DNA from: Solirubrobacteraceae bacterium | GTDB lineage: Bacteria; Actinomycetota; Thermoleophilia; Solirubrobacterales; Solirubrobacteraceae | Direction of reading: 5' to 3' | Assembly: GCA_035308915.1 (NCBI GenBank) | Contig: DATGFT010000008.1 | Location: forward strand, 12,452 to 76,451 | Length of the DNA stretch: 64,000 nucleotides | The notes under the pieces: model-generated | Seen by the model: only the letters and a program-made list of their open reading frames with translations | The model's database searches: none | Told to the model about the DNA's origin: nothing | Translations under genes and position numbers: made by a program | Shown: piece by piece, positions 1 through 9,829 of the stretch | How positions within the stretch are numbered: the stretch's first letter is position 1 | Layout: every line of letters starts with the position of its first letter

Positions 1-1445
1 ACCAGGTCCTGCACGGCGAGGCCGCGGATCTGATGGCGAAGATCCGCGCCAACAGCCACTACATCCCGAGCACGGCCGATCAGCTTGACCCGATCACGTT
101 CGTCAACAAGATCAACGTCCCGGTGTTCATGGCCTGCCAGTGGGAGGACGAGCAGACCGGTGGTCACTGCCCGGACCTGGCCGAGCACATGACGGGTACC
201 AAGCTCAAATGGTTCACGTTCACCAACGGCGCCCACATCGACTCGCTCGATCCCTACACCTACGACCGCTGGTACGACTTCCTCCAGCTGTTCGTAGCCC
301 ATAGGGCCCCGATCGACAACGTGGCCCTCACCGACGTCGCGGCGCCCGCCTTCTACCAGGAGGGCTTCGGCCTGCCACAGAACGACGTCGACACCTTCCC
401 GCCCGACCCGATTCAGACCAAGCCCACCTACTCCTCCGCCCTGGCGGCGTTCGAGGCGCTGCCCGAGATCCGGATCCTGTTCGACAACGGCGCCGGAAGG
501 AAGCCCACCGGCGACATGACGCCCGGCGATCCCTACCCCGGCTTTGAGCGGTCGTTCTCAAGCTTCCCGATCCCCGGCACGCAGGCCCGCTACTGGTACC
601 TCAACTCGGGCGGGGAGCTGGCCGGCTCGCCGCCCAGCCGCGAGGGCATCAACTGGTACACCTCGAACGCCAAGGCGCTCCCGCTCAGCGACTACGCCAA
701 CGACAACACCGGCAGCGGCGGCCTGTGGGGGAACGCGTCGCAGTGGCAGTGGGCCTGGAAGCAGAATCCAGCCGGGACGGCGGTCTCCTACGTATCGGCT
801 CCGCTGCGCTCGAACACCACGGTGATCGGTGCCGGCGCCGTTCATCTGTGGGTGCGCTCGTCGCGCCCCGATGTCGACCTCCAGGTGACGATCAGCGAGG
901 TCCGTCCCGACGGCAAGGAGACCTTCGTCCAGAACGGCTGGATGCGGGCCAGCGAGCGCAAGCTCTCCACCGGGTCCGACAACCTGTTCAAGCAGCCCAG
1001 CACGCTGCTTGAGCCAATCCCGACCGAGAAGGCCTCAGACGTCAAGTCGATGCCCGCGAACCGGTTCGTCAAGGTCGTGGTCCCGCTCTATTACGAAGGC
1101 CACGTCTACCGCGCGGGCTCACGCATTCGCATCACGATCGCCGCGCCGAACGGCAGCCAGCCGATCTGGTCGTTCACCGAAACCAAGCCAGACTCGGGGA
1201 CGGCCAAGGTTTCGATCGCCTTCTCGAAGTCGATGCCCTCGAGCCTCATCCTCCCCGTGGTGCCCGGCGTGAGCGTCCCCACGCCGCTGCCGCCCTGCCC
1301 GAGCCTGCGTAACGAGCCGTGCCGACGCTACGTGGCGATCACCAACCAGGTCGCCGCCGTGACGTCCACGCGCACCTCCAGGCATTCCCCGCGCCGCCAT
1401 CACGCGAAGCATCGGCGTCGCCGGCGGGCCGCCTTCACTGGATAG
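1..1445 (+). CDS. CocE/NonD (X-Pro dipeptidyl-peptidase-like) family hydrolase, 5'-partial
   Basis: Frame is open from the window start. C-terminal part has PepX_C-like motifs (VHLWVRSSRPDVDLQVTISEV, VQNGWMRAS, GHVYRAGSRIRITI) and an Arg-rich tail ending AAFTG. Confidence 0.7.
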   Translation, partial: QVLHGEAADLMAKIRANSHYIPSTADQLDPITFVNKINVPVFMACQWEDEQTGGHCPDLAEHMTGTKLKWFTFTNGAHIDSLDPYTYDRWYDFLQLFVAHRAPIDNVALTDVAAPAFYQEGFGLPQNDVDTFPPDPIQTKPTYSSALAAFEALPEIRILFDNGAGRKPTGDMTPGDPYPGFERSFSSFPIPGTQARYWYLNSGGELAGSPPSREGINWYTSNAKALPLSDYANDNTGSGGLWGNASQWQWAWKQNPAGTAVSYVSAPLRSNTTVIGAGAVHLWVRSSRPDVDLQVTISEVRPDGKETFVQNGWMRASERKLSTGSDNLFKQPSTLLEPIPTEKASDVKSMPANRFVKVVVPLYYEGHVYRAGSRIRITIAAPNGSQPIWSFTETKPDSGTAKVSIAFSKSMPSSLILPVVPGVSVPTPLPPCPSLRNEPCRRYVAITNQVAAVTSTRTSRHSPRRHHAKHRRRRRAAFTG

Positions 1446-1482
1446 CCGCGGAGCCGGGCCGCCCAGGCGGAGCGCGCCGCGG

Positions 1483-1527
1483 ACTTTGCTGAATCGTCTT
1501 CCCCTACACCCCCTAATTCAGCAAAGT
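1483..1527. terminator. 12-bp inverted repeat hairpin (terminator or REP-like)
   Basis: actttgctgaat (1483-1494) and attcagcaaagt (1516-1527), just after the stop of the first CDS. Confidence 0.45.
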
Positions 1528-1546
1528 TCTCCGTCAGACTCGTGCG

Positions 1547-2428
1547 GTGGCCTCGGAGATTCGGATCCCGCGCCGGCTCTCCGAGCCGGCCGAGGCACAT
1601 CCTGAGCGGGGGCGATGGCTCGAGGCCTTGCCGGCCAGGGTCGAGGAGCTCCTGGCTGAATGGGAGCTCGAGCTGGGCGCGCCGTTCGACCACGCCGGGA
1701 CCGCCGCCTGGGTCGCGCCCGCGGTCGCCGCCGGCGGGGAGGAGCTCGTCCTCAAGCTGGGGTGGCGGCACTTCGAGGCTGAGCACGAGGCCGAGGGCCT
1801 GCGGACGTGGGCCGGGGACGGGACGGTCAGATTGCTGGGCGCGCGGCGCTTCGATGACGCGGTCGCGTTACTGATCGAGCGCTGCGTCCCCGGCACCTCG
1901 CTCAAGCTTGCGCTGGGCGAACCAGAGCAGGATCTCGTCATCGCCGCCCTGCTCCGCCGGCTGTGGGCGCATGCGCCAGAGGCGGGGAACCCGTTCCGGT
2001 CCCTCGGGACCCTGTGCGCGTATTGGGGGACAGCATGGGCGGAGGACCTCGAGGGCACTCCGGTGGCAGGCGATCGGGGCCTCGAACGCGAGGCACTGTC
2101 GCTGCTCCGCGAACTCCCGGCGAGTGCCGATCGGGAGGTCCTGCTCTGCACCGATCTTCATGCCGAGAACGTGCTCTCGGCCGAGCGGGAGCCGTGGCTC
2201 GTCATCGACACCAAGCCGTTTCTCGGCGACCCGGCCTTCGACGCGGTACAGCACATGCTGAACTGCGAGCGGCGGCTGGCCGCCGACCCCGGCGCCCTGG
2301 CCGACCGCATGGCCAACCTGCTTGATCTCGACGGCGAGCGAGTTCGCCGCTGGCTGTTCGTCCGCTGTGCTCAGGAGGGGCGCCGGGAGCCAAGGTTGCT
2401 GGAGGCGGCGCGGCGCCTCGCGCCGTGA
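1547..2428 (+). CDS. Aminoglycoside phosphotransferase family protein (APH(6)/streptomycin-6-kinase-like)
   Basis: VLKL, EAEGLRTW.G.G.VRL, catalytic-loop DLHAENVL and IDTKPFLGDPAFD motifs. Confidence 0.75.
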   Translation: MASEIRIPRRLSEPAEAHPERGRWLEALPARVEELLAEWELELGAPFDHAGTAAWVAPAVAAGGEELVLKLGWRHFEAEHEAEGLRTWAGDGTVRLLGARRFDDAVALLIERCVPGTSLKLALGEPEQDLVIAALLRRLWAHAPEAGNPFRSLGTLCAYWGTAWAEDLEGTPVAGDRGLEREALSLLRELPASADREVLLCTDLHAENVLSAEREPWLVIDTKPFLGDPAFDAVQHMLNCERRLAADPGALADRMANLLDLDGERVRRWLFVRCAQEGRREPRLLEAARRLAP

Positions 2429-2446
2429 CGCGGTACACCCCCTCTG

Positions 2447-2893
2447 ATGTCGCGGTTGCTTCGCCTCCAGAACCGTGTTCTCAACTGGCCCGCGCGCGCC
2501 CTGCTGGCCCGCGGGCTGGCTCCGCCCACCTACGCCCTGCTCGAGACGACGGGGAGACGGAGCGGGAGGCGCCGCCAGGTTCCGGTGGCCAACGGGCTCC
2601 AGGGCCGGACCTTCTGGCTGATCGCCGGCCTCGGCGACGAGGCCCAGTACGTGAAGAACATCCGCTCCGAACCCCGGGTGCGGGTCAGGGCACGGCCCGC
2701 ACGGTTGCGCGATGGAGTGCGGATGCGCTGGTACTCGGGTACCGCACATCTGCTGCCCGAGGACGACGCGGCGGCGCGACACCGGCAGCTCGGCCGCGGC
2801 CGGCCGGGCTACCGCTTGGACGGGATCCTGCTCCGCAATCTCACGCGTCTGGGCACCGGCCGAATGCTCACCATCCGGATCGACCTCGACTGA
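2447..2893 (+). CDS. Nitroreductase family deazaflavin (F420)-dependent oxidoreductase, Ddn-like
   Basis: LETTGRRSGRRRQVPV and YVKNIRSEPRVRV motifs. Confidence 0.75.
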   Translation: MSRLLRLQNRVLNWPARALLARGLAPPTYALLETTGRRSGRRRQVPVANGLQGRTFWLIAGLGDEAQYVKNIRSEPRVRVRARPARLRDGVRMRWYSGTAHLLPEDDAAARHRQLGRGRPGYRLDGILLRNLTRLGTGRMLTIRIDLD

Positions 2894-2910
2894 TCCCGGC
2901 GCCGGGCCGC

Positions 2911-3291
2911 TCAGGCCGGCAGCTGGTGGCGGAGATCCCAGAGCGCTTTGGCCTCACCAAAGGGGAGGCGACTCCAGCGCTCGAGAGCCTCGTCCCACAC
3001 GTAGATCGAGATGTCGACGACGCTGCGCACACTCGCGAGTGTCTCGACCGCGCGCCGCGCGTCGACGTCGTCGGCCAGCACCTGCTGGGTCAGGACGTCG
3101 ACGACGCGAAACCGGTACGGCTGCTTCGGTTCCGCGGGAGCGGCGGCTCGCGCGCGCCGCTCGGGAAGGGTGAAGCCGGGGACACGCTCCCGGCCGGGCT
3201 TGAGGATGCGCTCCAGCGGAACCATGTTCGCGCCAGTCCCCTTGGTTTCCGTATCCAGGACCCAGACGCGGTCATCCTTAGAGGCAGCCAT
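2911..3291 (-). CDS. Hypothetical protein
   Basis: 126-aa ORF with protein-like composition and ATG start; fills the gap downstream of the LLM gene. Confidence 0.65.
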   Translation of the reverse strand: MAASKDDRVWVLDTETKGTGANMVPLERILKPGRERVPGFTLPERRARAAAPAEPKQPYRFRVVDVLTQQVLADDVDARRAVETLASVRSVVDISIYVWDEALERWSRLPFGEAKALWDLRHQLPA

Positions 3292-3321
3292 GGTTTGAAA
3301 TGTAGGACGCCCCGAGGTGAT

Positions 3322-4377
3322 TTACGCGGCCCGGGCGGTTCCCGGTTTGGCCTCGGGGTCGGTCGCGGCCAGCGCCTCGCGAACCAACGGCGCCACCCGG
3401 GTCCCGAAGAGCTCGATCGAGCGCATGACATCCGCATGGGCGACGGCGCCCACGCTCATCTGGGCGATGTAACGGTCGTTCTGGAAGAGCTCGTGCTCGA
3501 AGAGGATCTTCTCGGCCACGATCTCCGGCGTGCCGACGGCCAGTGCGCCCCGCGGCGAGCGGAGCGCCTCGTACTCGGGGCGTCCCGCGGGTGGCCAGCC
3601 GCGCTCCCGCCCTATGCGGTTCATCATCGCCAGGTACGAGCTGGCGAAGGCGGAGTCCGCGGCGGCCATCGACTCGGCGACGAACGCGTGCGTGTTGATG
3701 GCCAGCTTGCCGAGACTCGGGTCGTGGCCCGCAGCGGCGAGGGCTCGCCGATAGAGGTCGACCAGCGGGACAAAGCGCTCAGGCTGGCCGCCGATGATGG
3801 CAAGGGTCATCGGTAGACCGAGCGATCCGGCGCGCAGCACCGATTGTGGAGTCCCACCGACCGCGACCCAGATCGGCAGCGGATCCTGAAGCGGCCGCGG
3901 CCAGATGAGGGCCTCGTTCAGCGGGGCCCGATGCTGTCCCGACCAGGTGACGCGTTCCGAGTCTCGGATCCTGAGCAACAGGTCGAGCTTCTCGGCGTAA
4001 AGCTCGTCGTAGTCCTCGAGGTCATAGCCGAACAGCGGAAAGGATTCGGTGAAGGAGCCCCGCCCGGCCATGATCTCAGCCCGCCCGCCGGAGATCAGGT
4101 CGAGTTCGGCGAACTCCTGGAAGACGCGGACAGGGTCGTCCGAGCTCAGCACCGTGACCGCGCTCGAGAGCCGGATCCGCTCGGTGCGCGCCGCGATGGC
4201 TGCGAGGGCGGGTACGGGAGCCGACACGAGGAAGTCCGCGCGATGGTGCTCGCCGATCGCGAACACGTCGAGCCCCAGCTGATCGGCGAGCTCAGCCTCT
4301 TCGATCAGCTCACGCATGCGCCGCGCAGGCGAGACGCCTGAAGAAAGATCCGCGAAGGTGGCGAGGCCGAGTTCCAT
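3322..4377 (-). CDS. LLM class flavin-dependent oxidoreductase
   Basis: [10 protein letters not shown] start, [34 protein letters not shown]. Confidence 0.9.
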   Translation of the reverse strand: MELGLATFADLSSGVSPARRMRELIEEAELADQLGLDVFAIGEHHRADFLVSAPVPALAAIAARTERIRLSSAVTVLSSDDPVRVFQEFAELDLISGGRAEIMAGRGSFTESFPLFGYDLEDYDELYAEKLDLLLRIRDSERVTWSGQHRAPLNEALIWPRPLQDPLPIWVAVGGTPQSVLRAGSLGLPMTLAIIGGQPERFVPLVDLYRRALAAAGHDPSLGKLAINTHAFVAESMAAADSAFASSYLAMMNRIGRERGWPPAGRPEYEALRSPRGALAVGTPEIVAEKILFEHELFQNDRYIAQMSVGAVAHADVMRSIELFGTRVAPLVREALAATDPEAKPGTARAA

Positions 4378-4443
4378 ATGCGTCAGTCTAGCAGGTAGTT
4401 GTCTGATCAACTATCATCGTGAGGCGCGACACTCTGCGTGCAG

Positions 4444-5292
4444 ATGAGTCCCTCCACCTCACCACTCGTCACGCCTGGTCAGCTCGCGCGGTGGCTTTCG
4501 GCCGAGGCGTGTCTCACCGTCCTCGACGTCAGGTGGGAGGTTTCGACCGGCGCCGATCACGCGGCGTATCTCGCCGGGCACATCCCCGGGGCCGTGTTCA
4601 TCGATCTCGATCGGCAGCTGGCCGACCCTCCATCTGACCGCGGCCGCCATCCGCTCCCCGACGCCGTCCGGTTCGGCGGCGAGATGCGGTCCGCCGGGGT
4701 CTGGAACGAGCGTCCCGTCGTGGTCTACGACGCCGCGGCGTCGTTGGCGGCGGCTCGCGCCTGGTGGCTGCTTCGCTACTTCGGTCATGCCAGGGTGGCC
4801 GTGCTCGACGGCGGATTCGCGACGTGGGTCGGCGAGGGCTACCCGGTCAGCTCAGCCGTCCTGACGCCGGAGCCGGGCGACTTCGTCCCGCAGCTCGGCG
4901 GGATGCGGGCGCTCACCGCCGAGCAGGCAGCTGCCCTCGCCTCCTCGGGCGGCGTCCTGCTCGACGCGCGCGCCCCGGAGCGCTTCGCCGGCCTCTCCGA
5001 ACCGATCGACCCGGTGGCGGGCCACATTCCGGGGGCGCGCAACCGGCCTACCGCGGCCAACCTGGCGCCCGACGGTCGGTTTCTGCCCCCGGCGGAGCTG
5101 AAGGCCGCGTTCGAGGAGATTGGGGTCCGGGAGGATGCGCCGCTCGGCGCCTACTGTGGCTCAGGGGTCACCGCGGCCCACGAGGTGCTGGCGCTCGAGC
5201 TGGCCGGCTACCGCGCCGCGCTCTACCCCGGCTCCTGGAGCGAGTGGATTCGTGATCCGGCGCGGCCGGTGGCCAGGGGGGAAGACCGGTAG
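4444..5292 (+). CDS. sseA: Sulfurtransferase (tandem rhodanese, 3-mercaptopyruvate/thiosulfate type)
   Basis: GHIPGA twice, GRHPLP, active-site CGSGVTA, YPGSWSEW. Confidence 0.85.
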   Translation: MSPSTSPLVTPGQLARWLSAEACLTVLDVRWEVSTGADHAAYLAGHIPGAVFIDLDRQLADPPSDRGRHPLPDAVRFGGEMRSAGVWNERPVVVYDAAASLAAARAWWLLRYFGHARVAVLDGGFATWVGEGYPVSSAVLTPEPGDFVPQLGGMRALTAEQAAALASSGGVLLDARAPERFAGLSEPIDPVAGHIPGARNRPTAANLAPDGRFLPPAELKAAFEEIGVREDAPLGAYCGSGVTAAHEVLALELAGYRAALYPGSWSEWIRDPARPVARGEDR

Positions 5293-5325
5293 CCGCGGGG
5301 GGGCCGTCACCCGGGTAAGAAGCCG

Positions 5326-5363
5326 TCAGCCTCGGATCGTCGTGTCGAGCTCGAGCCTGAAGC
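5326..5363 (-). repeat. Displaced duplicate of the 3' end of the 7163-7417 gene
   Basis: tcagcctcggatcgtcgtgtcgagctcgagcctgaagc versus 7163-7199 tcagccccgaatcgtcgtgtcgagctcgagctgaagc. Both encode LELDTTIRG-stop on the minus strand. Confidence 0.85.
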
Positions 5364-5451
5364 CAGGGCTCAAGCGGAGCGCCCGTGCTAGGGCACACCC
5401 ACTTCTGTCGACCTGCCGCCTCTGGCAAAGACGCGCTGCAAATCGTTCGCA

Positions 5452-5482
5452 TGGCTAACCATTGGCTAACCCGCCACTAACC
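5452..5482. promoter_or_regulatory. Three CTAACC direct repeats at 11-bp period (possible OmpR-type operator)
   Basis: ctaacc starts at 5455, 5466 and 5477, upstream of the 5549 CDS. Confidence 0.45.
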
Positions 5483-5548
5483 GGCACGATCGGATCGGGG
5501 TGAAGAATCTCCTGAACAACCCCTCGATTTCGTTAGCGGCCCGACGCG

Positions 5549-7147
5549 ATGAGTGCGATTACGGCAATTGATCGGGGACTCCGCGCTGGCTCGATGGCGC
5601 GCGAGAGCTTTTGGCGCAGGACCGACGCAGTCGAGTTGGCCGTGCTTTGGTTGTTCGTGCTGCTCAGCATGTGGGTGCTGGGAGGCGACCTGTACGAAGT
5701 GTTCTCGCAGGGTGCCACGTGGACCGGTACTGACGGACTCTTCACGGCCGATCAGCTCCAATACCTGGCCTGGATCCGCGACGCCTCCCACCACCTGCTG
5801 GTGGCGAACCTGTTCGTGCTGAGGCCGACCCCGCACGACTACCTGCAGCCCATGATCGCGATCTCCGGCGGCCTCGTCGCGCTCGGGATGGCGCCGTGGC
5901 TCGCGTTGCTCCTGTGGAAGCCGGTCGCGCTAGCCGTGGTCCTGATCGGAGTCCGCGCGTTCGTCCATCGGGCCGTCCAAGGGGCCGGGGCGCGGCGGGC
6001 GGCGCTTGCGGTGGCGCTGTTCGGCGGGACCAATCGCATGTTTGTCGATTTGTGGCTCCCGCTCTGGGCTTGGGGCTACCCGTTTGCGCTCGTCGCCTTC
6101 GGCGCGGCGCTCCTGTCGTTGCTGCGCTATGAACGAGCCTGCGCTGCTGGGCGCCTTCCGTTTGCGGCCGCTCTGCTCGCCGGCCTCGCTGGGTGGCTGC
6201 ACCCGTGGCAGGGTGAGGTCTTGATCGTCACTCTGATTGGCGCTGAAGCGTTGCTATGGCTACTTGGGCGCCGCCCACATCCCCAGTCGCTGCTGATGGT
6301 GATCGGAGCGGCAGCGCTGCCGCTGGCCTACTACGCGATGCTCCACAACTTCGATCCCTCCTGGCGCCTGGCGGCGCAGTCCGACACTTCGGGTCTACCG
6401 GTCTCACGCCTCGGGCTGTGGCTCTGGCCGCTTCTGATTCCTGCGGCGCTGGCATACCGGTTGCGGCCGCGCGGCGTCAGCGACGCCGCGGTCCGTATGT
6501 GGCCGTTCGCCGCGCTCGCGTGCTATCTGGCCAACCTGCACGGCATGGGAAGCAGCCCGTTCCATGCATTCCTCGGGATCACAATCCCCCTGGCGGTGCT
6601 CTCCGCGCAGGGTTTGCAGAGCCTTCGGTGGCCGAGGGGAGTCCCGCGCACTGCCCTCGCCGTGGCGATGACCGCCGCGATCACGGTTCCGGTCGTCATC
6701 TATCACCTCAATACGAACGCACATTCCGTGCCGCCAGCTCAAGGACATGCGGCGAACTTCATGCCCGAGGCCGAGGCCGATGCGCTGCTCTACATCGCCG
6801 CTCAGCCCGGTCCCGGCGGCGTCTTGGCCGACTCCCACATCGGCGTTGCGGTGCCCGCTGCAACCGGCAGGCGCGTGTACGTCGGCGACAGATACTGGTC
6901 CCAGCCCGACTTCCACGTGAAGCAGAACCTCGTCGATGACCTGCTGATGGGGTGGCTGACTCCGCCGCGGGCGGGCGCGTTCGTCCTGAGCACCGGCGCG
7001 CGTTTCCTGATCGTCGACTGCTGGGTCCACCACAGTCCGGATCGATTGCTCGGAGGCATCATCCAATCGAGCCACGATTTCGGTTGCGCCCGCGTATACA
7101 CGATAAAGACCGAGCACCGCTCGACGGCAAACGGCGCTCGGCGCTAG
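5549..7147 (+). CDS. Polytopic membrane protein, putative GT-C fold glycosyltransferase
   Basis: Many hydrophobic segments, DQLQYLAWIRD in the first loop, LHPW, and a soluble C-terminal domain (VPAATGRRVYVG). Start may be the later ATG at 5594. Confidence 0.55.
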   Translation: MSAITAIDRGLRAGSMARESFWRRTDAVELAVLWLFVLLSMWVLGGDLYEVFSQGATWTGTDGLFTADQLQYLAWIRDASHHLLVANLFVLRPTPHDYLQPMIAISGGLVALGMAPWLALLLWKPVALAVVLIGVRAFVHRAVQGAGARRAALAVALFGGTNRMFVDLWLPLWAWGYPFALVAFGAALLSLLRYERACAAGRLPFAAALLAGLAGWLHPWQGEVLIVTLIGAEALLWLLGRRPHPQSLLMVIGAAALPLAYYAMLHNFDPSWRLAAQSDTSGLPVSRLGLWLWPLLIPAALAYRLRPRGVSDAAVRMWPFAALACYLANLHGMGSSPFHAFLGITIPLAVLSAQGLQSLRWPRGVPRTALAVAMTAAITVPVVIYHLNTNAHSVPPAQGHAANFMPEAEADALLYIAAQPGPGGVLADSHIGVAVPAATGRRVYVGDRYWSQPDFHVKQNLVDDLLMGWLTPPRAGAFVLSTGARFLIVDCWVHHSPDRLLGGIIQSSHDFGCARVYTIKTEHRSTANGARR

Positions 7148-7162
7148 ATCCTCGACCCGCCC

Positions 7163-7417
7163 TCAGCCCCGAATCGTCGTGTCGAGCTCGAGCTGAAGCG
7201 GGGAGGGTTCGAGCGGGGCCTCGGTCGCCCGGGGGCGGCCGCGCTTGGCCCAGTGCCCGACGACCTCGTGGGCGCGGCAGCTCCGGTAGGTGACGCGACG
7301 ATCCAGGGGCTGGATCGCCAGCCCGCCCGGCGCGTTGCCACTGACCAGGGCGTGGAACCTGCGTCCCAGGCGGTCGACTTCGACGATGTCCCCGGTCTGG
7401 ATCCCTTCCAGGCGCAT
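7163..7417 (-). CDS. Small hypothetical protein (possible SH3/KOW-like beta barrel)
   Basis: 84 aa, IQTGDIVEV N-terminus, ATG start. Confidence 0.6.
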   Translation of the reverse strand: MRLEGIQTGDIVEVDRLGRRFHALVSGNAPGGLAIQPLDRRVTYRSCRAHEVVGHWAKRGRPRATEAPLEPSPLQLELDTTIRG

Positions 7418-7481
7418 GCCACAAGGCTAGGGGCTCGGTCCAATCAAAGCCGCGAATACTCCGGGGTAGGCTCGAACTCGA

Positions 7482-8996
7482 ATGCCCGGGCAGAAAGCAG
7501 GGACCGCCGAGGCGAGCGGCCTGAGCTACGGCCGGCGGATGGCTGTGCTCGCCATCTGCTGCCTCAGCCTGTTCATCGTCGGACTCGACACGACGGTCGT
7601 GAACGTCGCGCTCCCGGCGATTCACCGCGCACTGCACGCCTCGGTCTCCGGGCTTCAATGGACCATCGACGCCTACACGCTGGTTCTCGCGAGCCTCCTC
7701 ATCCTGTCCGGCTCGGCGGCTGACCGTCTCGGGCGCCGGCGCGTGTTCCAGGTCGGGCTCGTCGTGTTCGCGCTGGCGTCGTTGCTCTGCGGGCTCGCGC
7801 CCAGCCTCGGGCTGCTCGTTGGCGCGCGAGTGTTGCAGGCGATCGGCGGCTCGATGCTCAACCCAGTGGCGATGTCGATCATCCGCAACGTGTTCGAGGA
7901 CCCGCGGGAGCGCGCGCGGGCGATCGGCCTCTGGGGAGCCGTATTCGGGCTGAGCATGGCCCTGGGCCCGGTCGTCGGGGGCGCCCTCGTGGACGCGGTG
8001 AGCTGGCGAGCGGTCTTCTTTGTCAACGTCCCGATCGGGCTGCTGGCGATCCTCCTCACCGCCCGCTTCGTTCCCGAGTCGCGGGCCCCGGAGCCCCGCC
8101 GCGTTGATCCGGTGGGTCAGCTGCTGGTCATCGCGGCGCTGGCCGGCCTCACCTACGCGATCATCGAGGGCCCTCGGGCCGGATGGGCCTCGGCGGAGAT
8201 CGTCGGCCTGTTCGCCGGCGCGGCTGCGTGCGCCGCCGCGCTTGTGGCCTATGAGCGCCGCCGCCTCGAGCCGCTGCTCGAGATGCGCTTCTTCGCCAGC
8301 GCGCCCTTCTCCGGGGCCAGCGCGATTGCCGTCCTCACCTTCGCCAGCCTCGGAGGCTTTCTGTTTCTGAACACCCTCTATCTCCAGGACGTCCGCGGCC
8401 TCTCGCCGCTCCAGGCGGGGCTCTCGATGCTTCCGGTGGGCGGGCTGCTGCTGTTCGTCTCCCCGATCTCGGGCCGGATCGTCGCCCGCCGGGGTCCGCG
8501 GATGCCGCTGCTGGGCGGGGCCGTGGCCACGATCGCCGCGGCGGCGATGCTGACCCGCCTGACGCCGTACACGGCGTGGGGATATCTGCTCGCGAGCTAC
8601 GTGCTGCTCGGCGTTGGGATGGGGCTGCTGAACCCGCCGATCACCAACACCGCCGTCTCAGGCATGCCGGGCGAGCAGGCGGGCGTCGCGGCCGCCATCG
8701 CGTCGGCCAGTCGTCAGGTCGGAATGACCCTCGGGGTGGCGGCGATCGGCGCGATCGCCGGCGGCACCATCGCCGGCTCGATCGGCAGGAGCTTTGCCTC
8801 GGCGACCCACCGGGGTTGGTGGGTGATCGTCGCCTTGGGCGCGATCATCCTGCTCGGTGGGCTCGTCTCAACCGGCCGCTGGGCCGAGCGAACCGCGACG
8901 CGGACGGCCGAGCGACTCCGGAGCGCTGAGGGCGACGACGGCCGAGCCGAAGCCCCGCCGCCCCTTCCGCTCCGCCGCGCGCTTCAGCGCAGGTAG
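7482..8996 (+). CDS. MFS transporter, DHA2 (EmrB/QacA) family
   Basis: LDTTVVNVALP, WTIDAYTL, motif A ADRLGRRR, WRAVFFVNVPIG; about 14 TM segments. Confidence 0.9.
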   Translation: MPGQKAGTAEASGLSYGRRMAVLAICCLSLFIVGLDTTVVNVALPAIHRALHASVSGLQWTIDAYTLVLASLLILSGSAADRLGRRRVFQVGLVVFALASLLCGLAPSLGLLVGARVLQAIGGSMLNPVAMSIIRNVFEDPRERARAIGLWGAVFGLSMALGPVVGGALVDAVSWRAVFFVNVPIGLLAILLTARFVPESRAPEPRRVDPVGQLLVIAALAGLTYAIIEGPRAGWASAEIVGLFAGAAACAAALVAYERRRLEPLLEMRFFASAPFSGASAIAVLTFASLGGFLFLNTLYLQDVRGLSPLQAGLSMLPVGGLLLFVSPISGRIVARRGPRMPLLGGAVATIAAAAMLTRLTPYTAWGYLLASYVLLGVGMGLLNPPITNTAVSGMPGEQAGVAAAIASASRQVGMTLGVAAIGAIAGGTIAGSIGRSFASATHRGWWVIVALGAIILLGGLVSTGRWAERTATRTAERLRSAEGDDGRAEAPPPLPLRRALQRR

Positions 8997-9811
8997 CCGT
9001 GCCGGCGCAGGAAGCGGTGGAGGTTGGCGACGAACCTCTTGCCGCCCGGCTGGCCGGTGGCGGCATTCAGATGCCCGGCCCTCGCCTGCGCGTTCAGAAA
9101 ACGGTCGACGTGACGGCTGTGGCCGAGGAGGTCCTCGTCGGCCGCCCACGCGGCGATCACTCCCACGCTGTCGCGGTAGTGGTCGCGCGCCATGTCGCGG
9201 AACGCCCGCATCCACCGCCGGGCGTCGGCGGCCACGCGGCTGGGGAAACTGCGCGTGACGTTGTGGAAGCGACGGTTGGCGAAGGAGAGGATCTGGACCG
9301 GGAGCCCCGAGGCCGCGAAGTCGGTGAACTCGTAGGCGAAGGAATCATCGGCGGTGAGGAACTCGACCCGGCCACCGCGGGCGGGGTCGGGAACCAGCCG
9401 GGCGCCTGGGTCGCCGAAGTTCCGCTCGGTCTTGACGTAGGTCATCGTGCCCGGGTCAAACGAGAAGACCTGTTCGACCGAGCAGCAGTGCGCACCCCCG
9501 GTGAAGAGGTCGAGCACTACGTCGAGCTGGCTGGTGCCCTCGAGGTTGACCAGATGCACCGAGGACGCCTGGGCCGAGGTTGAGCCGGGCGCGCACCGGC
9601 TCCCGCAGAAGCGTGAGACGGCCGCTTGGTCGTAGAGAACCGTGCCTGACTGCGAGATCGTCAGGCGCTCATTGGAGAAATGCGGGAACTGGCCGCTGAA
9701 GCTGAAGCTGGCGGTGACGTTTCCGGCCGAGGCCGTCTGCTGGGCACCTGAGGCCGCCGCGGGGACCAGGAGCAGGCCGAGGAGGGCGAGGCTGACAGCG
9801 AGCTTGGGCAT
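8984..9811 (-). CDS. Secreted hypothetical protein with TGGAHCC motif
   Basis: N-terminal signal peptide (MPKLAVSLALLGLLLVPAAASGA) and a vicinal Cys pair. Confidence 0.65.
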   Translation of the reverse strand: MPKLAVSLALLGLLLVPAAASGAQQTASAGNVTASFSFSGQFPHFSNERLTISQSGTVLYDQAAVSRFCGSRCAPGSTSAQASSVHLVNLEGTSQLDVVLDLFTGGAHCCSVEQVFSFDPGTMTYVKTERNFGDPGARLVPDPARGGRVEFLTADDSFAYEFTDFAASGLPVQILSFANRRFHNVTRSFPSRVAADARRWMRAFRDMARDHYRDSVGVIAAWAADEDLLGHSRHVDRFLNAQARAGHLNAATGQPGGKRFVANLHRFLRRHGYLR

Positions 9812-9829
9812 CGTCGCCGGATCCTACGC

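Noticed and set aside
1357-1383. VTSTRTS in the CocE-like tail as another TRxS flavinylation site
   Set aside because: Single copy with no redox context. It shows the motif can arise by chance in low-complexity sequence, so only the clustered copies were counted.
1547-2428. Bona fide streptomycin resistance gene
   Set aside because: Family-level motifs only. APH(6)-like kinases are common in actinobacteria, and there is no biosynthetic or mobile context.
2425-3816. Long alternative-frame ORFs (also 13194-14642, 37679-39283, 31930-33168, 25173-26279)
   Set aside because: Arg/Pro/Gly-rich shadow frames overlapping well-supported genes, as expected in high-GC DNA.
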